This document shows, one piece after another, positions 19,633 to 28,240 of a stretch of DNA of 64,000 nucleotides. Numbering within the stretch: the first letter of the stretch is position 1; each line of letters opens with the position of its first letter. Origin of the DNA: Leptospirales bacterium. Lineage in GTDB: Bacteria; Spirochaetota; Leptospiria; Turneriellales; JAOUFE01. The notes beneath the pieces are model-generated. The model was not told where the DNA came from, searched no databases, and saw nothing but the letters and a program-made list of their open reading frames with translations. The translations under genes were made by a program, and so were the position numbers. The DNA is taken from contig JBEQLE010000003.1 in NCBI GenBank assembly GCA_040326155.1, positions 1-64,000 of the forward strand, in the 5' to 3' direction.

Positions 19633-20700
19633 ATGAATATTAGATATTTAATTGCCTTGTTAACTTTTCTTCTGGCTGGCAGTCTGTTTTCACCTGCTTT
19701 TTCACAAGATGCAGAAAAGCCTGATGAAAATCTTGTAAAGAGAAAAGTTCTGGTGTTACCTTTTGTTGATCTTGGCGAAAAAAAGTCAAAAGCCGGGTAC
19801 CTTTCTGTCAGTATTCCTGGAGTAATAATTACCTCACTAAACAAAAGTGGCTCTTTTCAGGTTTTAACCCTTGAAGAAAGCAGCACTTTTGCAAAGAAAG
19901 CCAAGGTTCAGAGTAAAGATTTTTATAATGAAGAGATGGCCATTAAAATTGCAAAAGAGGCCAATGCTGATGTTGTCTTATTGGGTAACTATTTTGTCGT
20001 TGCTGATAAGCGAAGAGGTGACTCCATGCAGATTCAAGCCAAAGTGCTTGATGTTCGCACCGGTAGAAACCGGGTCACTGTAACTAAAAGCAACGAAGTT
20101 TCAGCTTCGGTATTCGTAACTATAAAAGAAATTGCCAGAGAAGTTACCAGGGGTATGGTTAAAGAGCTGCCCCCTTTGACAGAAAGAGAGGTGATGGCTC
20201 AGCGTAATGTCAAGTCCGGTGGTCGTGCCTATCCTTTTGTTCCAAATTTAATGGTAGGCTTAATGGTGAACTACGGCATCAGCGACATGATAATTGGAGC
20301 AGGTTTTTCCAGTATCGGTGTTCGATTTTTTTATGAAAGCAATTCATTTGGCTTTATGACACTGTTTTTAGTGGCTGAGTTGGAAGTATCGTATGGTAGA
20401 GAAACTCTGTTTTCAACAGATGTGTATTATGGTAATTTGCACGCTGGGTTTTCATACCCGCTAAAAATTTCGAAAAAATTCTCTTTTTCTCCTTACATCA
20501 TGGGCGGAATTTTTACCGGAATAGTAGGCCCGACAAGTGAGTATTTTCTTATTCCTTCCGTGAAACCGGGAGTGAATGTTAAATTTGCGTTCAACGAAAA
20601 AAAGGGTATAAACGTACATTTTTCTATGCCATATGTGCTAGATCCAAAAGGTTATTTCTTTTCTCTGGAAGCAGGAGTTGGTTATGCCATCAAATTTTGA
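19633..20700 (+). CDS. Array component A1: TolB-N/CsgG/FlgO-like domain + C-terminal beta-barrel
   Basis: Signal peptide; KVLVLPF, AIKIAKEANADVVLLGNY, IQAKVLDVRTG; ~150-aa amphipathic C-terminus ending GVGYAIKF. Confidence 0.65.
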   Translation: MNIRYLIALLTFLLAGSLFSPAFSQDAEKPDENLVKRKVLVLPFVDLGEKKSKAGYLSVSIPGVIITSLNKSGSFQVLTLEESSTFAKKAKVQSKDFYNEEMAIKIAKEANADVVLLGNYFVVADKRRGDSMQIQAKVLDVRTGRNRVTVTKSNEVSASVFVTIKEIAREVTRGMVKELPPLTEREVMAQRNVKSGGRAYPFVPNLMVGLMVNYGISDMIIGAGFSSIGVRFFYESNSFGFMTLFLVAELEVSYGRETLFSTDVYYGNLHAGFSYPLKISKKFSFSPYIMGGIFTGIVGPTSEYFLIPSVKPGVNVKFAFNEKKGINVHFSMPYVLDPKGYFFSLEAGVGYAIKF

Positions 20701-20734
20701 TATATTAAATAATAGAGAATCTAATGGTAGTCTT

Positions 20735-21658
20735 ATGAACAATAAAACAAAAGAAACAAAATTCTTGAGAAGTCTGGTTATTCTAACGATTACCGGGTTG
20801 ATGTTAACTGCGCTCTCTTGCGTCAGCTATGTCGACACGGTAGTCCCTAAAGTTAAAGTGACTGTTACTCAGTCTGACCAAATGAACATGAACAAAAATG
20901 CGATGATGGGTGGTTACGCCAAAACAATATGGGCTGCAACCACCCGATACGAAACTACAGGTTATGAGGCCGAGAAAGTAAAGCTGGATTCGAACGAAAA
21001 CGGCAACTTGGTAGGGTATCTTCCGGTAAAACCTGGCACAACAAGTGTAACTGTCATTGTCTGGGATGATGATTTAACAAACGCGACGCCATACGGTGGA
21101 AATCGATATGCCCCTTATTCGAGAAACCATAAACTACTCAAAGCAAAAGGCTATTTTACGCCATGTACCGGGGCTTCGGATACTTTGGGTGTATTATTAT
21201 CTAACCGAGTATATGGGGACAACCGCTTGCCTGCTTTTGGCTACGCTACTGCTTTTATTAGTTCTGGTAATTATCGTACATATGGTACCAATAGCCAGGT
21301 GGCTAGTAATGGCGGGCCTTCGGAGGAAGTTTATACAACCGTGACCAGTGTCTCACCTGACAGTTCAATAACGGTCGATTACACGAGTTTCATATTACCC
21401 ACAGCGAACCATTGTGACTGTCCGAAACCTTTAAACGTTGTAAATGCAATGTATGCAGTCAGTTCGCCGAGACAGGTATCCGATTGGGCGTTTTTTTACT
21501 ATTACAGCGACGTTTATCATAATTCATCTGCATCTGGATGGTGGTTCAGTCAAATAATATTTCAAGCGGCTGTCATGTCAACAACACCAATATCCCCGAA
21601 TCTTACAGATACAGCGTCGACAACCGTCGGTGGGGCCTGTATAAGCAGAATAAAGTAA
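20735..21658 (+). CDS. Array component B1: lipoprotein of unknown function
   Basis: Lipobox TALSC; paralog of 22793-23653 (WA..TRYET.GY..EKV.L, PYG, YF.PC.G, VDYT.F, CxC, terminal Cys). Confidence 0.7.
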   Translation: MNNKTKETKFLRSLVILTITGLMLTALSCVSYVDTVVPKVKVTVTQSDQMNMNKNAMMGGYAKTIWAATTRYETTGYEAEKVKLDSNENGNLVGYLPVKPGTTSVTVIVWDDDLTNATPYGGNRYAPYSRNHKLLKAKGYFTPCTGASDTLGVLLSNRVYGDNRLPAFGYATAFISSGNYRTYGTNSQVASNGGPSEEVYTTVTSVSPDSSITVDYTSFILPTANHCDCPKPLNVVNAMYAVSSPRQVSDWAFFYYYSDVYHNSSASGWWFSQIIFQAAVMSTTPISPNLTDTASTTVGGACISRIK

Positions 21659-21667
21659 ACAGAATTT

Positions 21668-22780
21668 ATGGAATATAATATGCAAATAAAACGGAAACAA
21701 TTCTCCTCTCAACCCCATAAACAGTTTCGCTTATTTGCGAAAATGGTAGCATTGTTTTGTACTCTGGGGTTTTTGTTGGTTCCCGCAGAGTCAATACTAG
21801 CACAGGGAAGTGCTAAAAAAGAGCGCCTAAAGCGAAGGGTTCTTATTTTAGATTTTTCCAATGCCAGTAAAGCCAGAGGCGGTGAACATCTCGATTTAAC
21901 TATTCCAGATGCATTAATCGAACACTTACAAAAAACGAATGACTTTATTATCTTAAGGCGTGACCTGGCTGCCAAAAAAGCGGCTAAAGTTATGAAACGA
22001 GATTCCCGGTATGATGTTGAAAAAGCAATTAAAGTTGGCGATTCAGCAAACGCCGATGTTGTTGTAATTGGCAACTACGCAATTTACAATGGTTATATTC
22101 AAATACAGGCAAAAGCAATCGATGTACATTCGGGCGAAGTTCCGGTGGTAATGACAGTTCAAGGAAGAACAGATAGAAATATCTTTGTTACAATACAGAA
22201 GCTGACTCGACAAGTAGCATCAAAAATGTCAAAGGAACTCGGGCCTATTGACGTTACGGAGTTACCTGCGAAACGAGCTATGTACGAACAGAGTCTTGCC
22301 TTAAATGAAAAGAAACAAAACCGAATGTTGCCGTCGGCTTCCATTGGGTTTATTGGCACTTTTGGTCTTACCGATAATGCCCAGATGCTTGAATTTGGTA
22401 AAGGGGTTCGCGTAGCGTTTACGCCAACGCCCTTGTTTAATGGAGTTTTAAATATGTATTTTGAGTGGAATTTATGGTTTTCGGGTGATAAATACCAGAA
22501 TATTCCCTTGATGTTTAATGGAATATTTGCCGGTACTACCTACCCTGTTGTTCTATTTCCGAAGTTTATATTGTCGCCATTTCTTCTAGTGGGAAATTAT
22601 GGCGGTCATGTTTCAAACAAATCAATATTTTCGATATTTGCTACAAAAGTCGGCTTGGATATGAAGTATGCATTCAAAGAAAATTTCGGCGCTAATGTGA
22701 CCGTAAGTTTAGTCAGTTTGCATGACGATGATATACAAATGTTGCTTGAATTCAGTGCGGGAGTTGCCGGAAAGTTCTAA
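21668..22780 (+). CDS. Array component A2: TolB-N/CsgG-like domain + C-terminal beta-barrel
   Basis: RVLILDF, AIKVGDSANADVVVIGNY, IQAKAIDVHSG; ends AGVAGKF. Confidence 0.65.
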   Translation: MEYNMQIKRKQFSSQPHKQFRLFAKMVALFCTLGFLLVPAESILAQGSAKKERLKRRVLILDFSNASKARGGEHLDLTIPDALIEHLQKTNDFIILRRDLAAKKAAKVMKRDSRYDVEKAIKVGDSANADVVVIGNYAIYNGYIQIQAKAIDVHSGEVPVVMTVQGRTDRNIFVTIQKLTRQVASKMSKELGPIDVTELPAKRAMYEQSLALNEKKQNRMLPSASIGFIGTFGLTDNAQMLEFGKGVRVAFTPTPLFNGVLNMYFEWNLWFSGDKYQNIPLMFNGIFAGTTYPVVLFPKFILSPFLLVGNYGGHVSNKSIFSIFATKVGLDMKYAFKENFGANVTVSLVSLHDDDIQMLLEFSAGVAGKF

Positions 22781-22792
22781 GGTGGTGCAATT

Positions 22793-23653
22793 ATGAAATT
22801 ACATAAAAACGAATTAAAAAAACTAACGAAGAAATTATTTTTATTATTACTGCCCCTTTTGGTATTTGCAAATTGCGGAGATTTCTCTTTATTTAACCAA
22901 TTGTCGCAACCAGTGAGTATTGTGGTTTATAATGCAGACCAGAATAATAATAATAAAACAAGCCCGAAAAAGGCTGTAGATCTCTGGGCTGTTTCAACAA
23001 GATATGAAACAGGCGGATATTCTTCAGAAAAAGTGCAATTGACCGACAAGGGTAATGGGGAATGGAGTGGTCTTTTACCGTTGGTGGACCAGGGCGACAC
23101 TTACATTATAATTTATGATGATGTACAGACAAAGCCTATTCCATATGGTAATTCAACTCTGCAAACCAGTACATTTTACTTCAGCGCGTCTAAGCGTTTA
23201 ATAACGGATGACTATTTTTCTCCATGTATGGGACCAGTTAAAAACCCTACAGGCGCGAACACACCTTTGTATAATTTAATGTCAAGCGGACAAATATCGA
23301 TATTTAATAACGCAGATAATGTTGGTTCTGCTACCACAGCAAATGATGAAGTTTATATTGTTCAATACGTAAATTCAGATTCCAGTACAGTTCAAGTTGA
23401 CTATACACAATTTGGCCAGGCCAATGTGAGCTGGTTTTGTAATTGCAACCGTAATGTGCAAATTTATAAAACGAGTATATTCTACTCGTCCCCAAGTACG
23501 ACCGTCACCAACACCTACCCATACTCCACTCCATATGTAATGTTTACAGACAATGATCACTTTACACCAAGTATGGGCACTGGGGGTTACACCTCCACCT
23601 ACACCCCCCCATACACCACTGTGGTAGGTGGAACAACCTGTCCAAGCAGGTAA
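22793..23653 (+). CDS. Array component B2: lipoprotein of unknown function
   Basis: Lipobox VFANC; paralog of B1; Thr/Tyr/Pro-rich C-terminus ending GGTTCPSR. Confidence 0.7.
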   Translation: MKLHKNELKKLTKKLFLLLLPLLVFANCGDFSLFNQLSQPVSIVVYNADQNNNNKTSPKKAVDLWAVSTRYETGGYSSEKVQLTDKGNGEWSGLLPLVDQGDTYIIIYDDVQTKPIPYGNSTLQTSTFYFSASKRLITDDYFSPCMGPVKNPTGANTPLYNLMSSGQISIFNNADNVGSATTANDEVYIVQYVNSDSSTVQVDYTQFGQANVSWFCNCNRNVQIYKTSIFYSSPSTTVTNTYPYSTPYVMFTDNDHFTPSMGTGGYTSTYTPPYTTVVGGTTCPSR

Positions 23654-23684
23654 TGTGTATATTAATGAATATAAAGGCAAGAAA

Positions 23685-24713
23685 ATGAAACGAATTATAA
23701 ACATATTATTAACAATTGGAATTGTCTTACTTGTAGGTGGTTCGTCTTCCATATATGCACAAAAGGGTGTAAAAAAAGTGTTAATACTCGACTTTGCAAA
23801 TGGCGGCGGCGGTGCTAAAGTCGATTTTTTCCATACTACTGGTTCCGACATCTTGAATGAAAAATTATTAACCTCCCGAAAATTTGAAATTATTTCAAAA
23901 GCAAAAATGAAAAAAGCCATTAAAAAATTGAAAATATCTAAAAATCAAATTCATTTAAAAAAGAATGCTATTCGTATTGCTGAATTAGTGGAAGCTGATA
24001 TCGTTATCTCTGGTGTATACAAAACAGCCCAGAACAATTATATGTTTACCATAAATGTTTATCACATGAAAAAAAGTGATGAAAAAAAGGACTTCAAGGA
24101 AGAAACCAAAGGCTCATTAAAGAATTCTGTTTTTGCAGCTATGGATAATCTGTCAAATAAGGTTGTCAAACGGGTCGATCGAACTACCTCTGTCAGTTCT
24201 TCAGGTAAAACGGAAGCACGCAGGTTTTCAGGGTATACCAGGTTTAATCCCGTTATCGACGTATATTTTTCAGGAGCATATATTTCTACTTTTAATATGA
24301 TAGGTTTGGGAACGAAGGTCAATTGGCAACCGCCTCCACTCGGTAAATCTTTTCACACATATTATGAGTTTGAAGCCATCAAGCTTGACAATGGCAATTC
24401 ATACGATTCGACATGGTATGTCTCCATTAGTTATTTTGGTTATATTATTCCAATTCAGATGGGCGGTAACTTCGTGCTTTCTCCCTATATATTGCTCGGT
24501 GAATATTTTATATCGGAAAATTCGTCTGCAACCATGGACGGACCCGTAGTAAAAACGGGAGCCAACGCCAGATTTTACTTTGGCAAGTCTTTTGGAGTTG
24601 CCGTAGACGCTTCCATCGCAGCTCCCATGCTTTCAAATATGGGAAGTGGGTTCTTCAGTAGCTTTATAGGCGTTATAAATGTAAGTCTGGGCGTTACCTA
24701 TCGAATCAAATGA
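23685..24713 (+). CDS. Array component A3: TolB-N/CsgG-like domain + C-terminal beta-barrel
   Basis: Signal peptide from ATG 23685; KVLILDF, AIRIAELVEADIVISGVY; ends SLGVTYRIK. Confidence 0.65.
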   Translation: MKRIINILLTIGIVLLVGGSSSIYAQKGVKKVLILDFANGGGGAKVDFFHTTGSDILNEKLLTSRKFEIISKAKMKKAIKKLKISKNQIHLKKNAIRIAELVEADIVISGVYKTAQNNYMFTINVYHMKKSDEKKDFKEETKGSLKNSVFAAMDNLSNKVVKRVDRTTSVSSSGKTEARRFSGYTRFNPVIDVYFSGAYISTFNMIGLGTKVNWQPPPLGKSFHTYYEFEAIKLDNGNSYDSTWYVSISYFGYIIPIQMGGNFVLSPYILLGEYFISENSSATMDGPVVKTGANARFYFGKSFGVAVDASIAAPMLSNMGSGFFSSFIGVINVSLGVTYRIK

Positions 24714-24721
24714 ATTTACAT

Positions 24722-25288
24722 TTACGAAGAGGCATTCAATAGCAGGTATCCTGCAATAATAGACGCGACTATTAATATTACAGGATTAATGCGGTATCGT
24801 TTATTCAGCCAAAATACACTTCCTGCGATAGCAATATAGAAAATCGACTGAACCCATTCCATTCTAAACCCTTTTTTCAAGAGTCCATATAAGAACACAG
24901 CTAAAATAGAAATAATAGCAATCTGAGCGCCTTTGCGTATATTTTTAACATTCTCTTTATGTGATAGCCGGTTATAGAATTTCGTTATTAATGGTACAAT
25001 AAGCAGGCTAGGCGCAAGCAGCCCCAGTAATATGGCGAGCATCGTGAAAACCCCTCCCAGAGGATACCCCAACATGGCTATTCCGCCGACTCGCGGTCCG
25101 GGTATCATTCTGGATATGCCGAATATTCTGTCGAAGTCTTCCTGCTTAAAAACGATCTCTCTTTCGCACTGTTTTTCCACTTTGCATTCGGTCACCAGCT
25201 TTTTTTGCGTGAGAGCCCAGATTGAATAGATACCGCCAAAACTGTAAAGGCTGATCTGAAAAAACAAAGCAAATAATTTAAGGTTCAC
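24722..25288 (-). CDS. Short-chain CHR (chromate transporter family) subunit
   Basis: FFQISLYSFGG and IPGP motifs; start uncertain (GTG 25288 or ATG 25324). Confidence 0.8.
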   Translation of the reverse strand: MNLKLFALFFQISLYSFGGIYSIWALTQKKLVTECKVEKQCEREIVFKQEDFDRIFGISRMIPGPRVGGIAMLGYPLGGVFTMLAILLGLLAPSLLIVPLITKFYNRLSHKENVKNIRKGAQIAIISILAVFLYGLLKKGFRMEWVQSIFYIAIAGSVFWLNKRYRINPVILIVASIIAGYLLLNASS

Positions 25289-25853
25289 TGTGACCTCGTA
25301 TCTTTCGCACGACTGGAATTGCATAGGTTATAACTGCGCCAGCTAAAATTATTACAAAAAATGAGACACCATCTGAAAACAGTTTTCCCGCTCCCATAAC
25401 AAAAAGAAGGAACAGTAAAATTGCTGTTTCTGTTTTTCCGGTTATTATATCCTCACCCAGTTTTATAGTAGCATTTAATAACAGTCCCGCGATACCGGCT
25501 TGCAGCCCCATAAGAATTCCATGGTTTTCCATAAAGAAGGCAGCCACACCAGGTTGGTATAACATAGCGGCGATGCCTGCTGCAATGAATAACGAGGGCA
25601 ATACAAAACCGGCAACGGAAAGCAACATTCCCGAAATACCTCTTAACTGGTATCCTAAATTTACTACAATATTAACGTGATAGGGTCCGGGCGCAAACGC
25701 GGCCACGGCATAAGCCTCTCGCAATTTTTCAAGGCTCATCCACTTTTTTCGTTCTACAAGGTTCTCAATCAGAACTTCCCCTGTGGCTGCCCCAAAAGAG
25801 TAACTTCCAATTTTGAGAAAGGCGAGAAATATATTTAATTTCGTAATTTCCAA
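25278..25853 (-). CDS. Short-chain CHR (chromate transporter family) subunit
   Basis: FLKIGSYSFG, LVERKKW, APGP, GY.LRG..G, FVLPS. Confidence 0.85.
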   Translation of the reverse strand: MEITKLNIFLAFLKIGSYSFGAATGEVLIENLVERKKWMSLEKLREAYAVAAFAPGPYHVNIVVNLGYQLRGISGMLLSVAGFVLPSLFIAAGIAAMLYQPGVAAFFMENHGILMGLQAGIAGLLLNATIKLGEDIITGKTETAILLFLLFVMGAGKLFSDGVSFFVIILAGAVITYAIPVVRKIRGHSEP

Positions 25854-28057
25854 CGCTCAGGTTCCGTCGGCAATAATTTTTTCAGTCTTTGTATCGACTC
25901 TGATAAGCCGGGATGTTCAATATCATAGAACTCCCTTTTCTCAATTTTATCGCCAAATTCAAAAAACATATACCGTACGCCGGTTTCTTCGTTTTCTTTC
26001 ACGAGCTTTCCATATGGCGTAATTACTGCGCTGTGTAAACCAAAGGGAAGGCCGTTGGTCCGTTTCAGTTTCCAGGCGCTACCAACGATCGTAAACACCG
26101 GCAACATAAAATCTTCTCTTTTGTCTGTAAGAGGTGTAAGGTTAACATGAAATAAACTTTCGCCTTTCAGGCCAAGGGTATCTTCTTTATCCGGTAGCAG
26201 GTTGGTTAAATTTATTAAAGTTGGAAAAATATCAAGTATGGATGCCGGTCGGTCAATACGCGCTGGTGCAATTTTATTTTTCCAATAAAAAAACAGCGGA
26301 ATGTCAATGAGTTCCGCATGCAGGGAGTTCATATGCCCATAAATATTGTGCTCATAGAACGACTCTCCGTGGTCGGCAACAAAAACGATAATTGTATTGT
26401 CCAGCTCGCCTGCCTGTTTCAAATACTCAATGACTCTTCCCAGGTTTGCGTCAGTAATGCGTATTGCATTATCGTAATTGGCGATCAGGCTTTCCAGTTT
26501 TCTCGGGCCCATTCTTGGCGCCGGCTGAGAAGGAGGGGTATGTTGTGTCGGCGGTGAATACTGCTGGTTAACATACTCTGCGCCAAAGTAGGGTAGTAAG
26601 TACGGCAGTTGTTGGTAATAAGGCGTATGTGGTCCCATAATCTGGAGGTGTACAAAAAATGGTTTGTTGGCAGGCTTAATATTTTTATGCCAATCCATAA
26701 ACTTGTTTGTAACATTTTTATCTTTAAGCCAATAATTTACAATTTCTCCTTCGGAGTCTTCAAGTACAAAATAAAAAAAGTAGAGCGTATTTTTATACCA
26801 GGAGTTTAGAACATTCGTGTACCATTTTCCTGAGATCGGTAAGATATTGGGAAACTTTCTTAATTCATCTGCAGCCTGCTTATCAATGAGATTATGAATT
26901 ATTTTCCGATATTGAGCTGTCTCTTCGGCGGTTAATTTAATTCCCGGCTCAATTTTTTCATTTAGAAAATCGTTTAACTGAGATAACGATAAATTAAGAT
27001 AATCAGCGTACTCTTTCAGTGAAATACTATTATTTTTTAAAGATGAAAATGCTTTTCCATGGAATGTATTTTCGAAAAACCGGATAGTTATAAATTTATG
27101 AAAGGCAGTATGCTCTGGCGGCATAGAGTGCATGCGATATTTATACCCTTTTGCATGACCAAAAAATGAGCTGGCATTGCTATTCGCTGAAATCAGCGCA
27201 GTCTCGTAACCTTTTGACGAAAAATATTCCGCCATAAAAGTTCCTTGATATGCAATTGGATAGGCCCCGTTATGAACGGTATCATCTGTCAGTGGTTGAG
27301 AGGTAACCAGAGACGCTGTTGCAGGTTTTGTCCAGGCGGAAGTTGAAAATGCATTTTCGAAAACAACCCCCTTGTCCGCCAGTTTTTTCATATTTGGCGT
27401 TGTGTCTCGTTCGTATCCATAAAATGTCATGTGGTCTTGCCGTGTGGTGTCGGAGACAATCAACAACACATTTGGTATATTCTTCTGGGAGTTTCCGGAA
27501 CTGATCATGTTATTACCGAAATGTTTTGCAAATGAAATCAACAAAAGTAGAATAACAAATATAAAACCTGCTCGTGTAATGAAAGTGGTACCAATGGCAA
27601 AAAAGAGTATACTCAAAAGAATTATAACCGTAAAAAACCGGTCACTGACCAAAAGGCTGGAATTGTCAGCCATTTGCCAGAAAACAATGACAGTTATAAA
27701 TGTAATAACATGGTGAATTCGCTTTTGCTTAAAATGAGCAATTCGTTTCAGAGTTTGAAGAGCCCTGTTTTTTTGTGAACCCTTTGCTGTTTCCCGGTTT
27801 TTCAATATTGCATGTAATTTACCAATTAAGTATTCAAAAAGAAGAAAAAACAAAAACAGTGGAACCAGTAAATATAAAAATCCGATCAAGTAAAACATAT
27901 AAGAGAAAAGAAATGCCGGCGTAAAAAATTCAGCCATGGCAGCTGAATGAAAATGGTAAATAGTTTCAGTGTAAATTAGAATATAAGACATTACGGAGCC
28001 GGCTAAGAAAGCATGAGCCAAATTGGTGAATGTCTTTTTAATCAGTATGTTTTTCAT
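25835..28057 (-). CDS. Membrane-anchored sulfatase-like / alkaline-phosphatase-superfamily hydrolase or transferase
   Basis: 5 N-terminal TMs; PNVLLIVSDTTRQDH, TTPN, WTKPATASL, PHTPY, ADHGE. Confidence 0.85.
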   Translation of the reverse strand: MKNILIKKTFTNLAHAFLAGSVMSYILIYTETIYHFHSAAMAEFFTPAFLFSYMFYLIGFLYLLVPLFLFFLLFEYLIGKLHAILKNRETAKGSQKNRALQTLKRIAHFKQKRIHHVITFITVIVFWQMADNSSLLVSDRFFTVIILLSILFFAIGTTFITRAGFIFVILLLLISFAKHFGNNMISSGNSQKNIPNVLLIVSDTTRQDHMTFYGYERDTTPNMKKLADKGVVFENAFSTSAWTKPATASLVTSQPLTDDTVHNGAYPIAYQGTFMAEYFSSKGYETALISANSNASSFFGHAKGYKYRMHSMPPEHTAFHKFITIRFFENTFHGKAFSSLKNNSISLKEYADYLNLSLSQLNDFLNEKIEPGIKLTAEETAQYRKIIHNLIDKQAADELRKFPNILPISGKWYTNVLNSWYKNTLYFFYFVLEDSEGEIVNYWLKDKNVTNKFMDWHKNIKPANKPFFVHLQIMGPHTPYYQQLPYLLPYFGAEYVNQQYSPPTQHTPPSQPAPRMGPRKLESLIANYDNAIRITDANLGRVIEYLKQAGELDNTIIVFVADHGESFYEHNIYGHMNSLHAELIDIPLFFYWKNKIAPARIDRPASILDIFPTLINLTNLLPDKEDTLGLKGESLFHVNLTPLTDKREDFMLPVFTIVGSAWKLKRTNGLPFGLHSAVITPYGKLVKENEETGVRYMFFEFGDKIEKREFYDIEHPGLSESIQRLKKLLPTEPERWKLRN

Positions 28058-28240
28058 GTCTCAGAATCAACTTTAGAGTTATTTCGCATTGTCAATATCT
28101 GAACGATGAAACTCAGGGTATATATTTATTTTGCTGTACCAAACAAAAGAATAACACCTCATCAAATAATTATTATTGATTTGACAATTGAATTGCCGGA
28201 TGTTTGATGTCATTACTTTTATAAAATCAGGAGTTCTATT

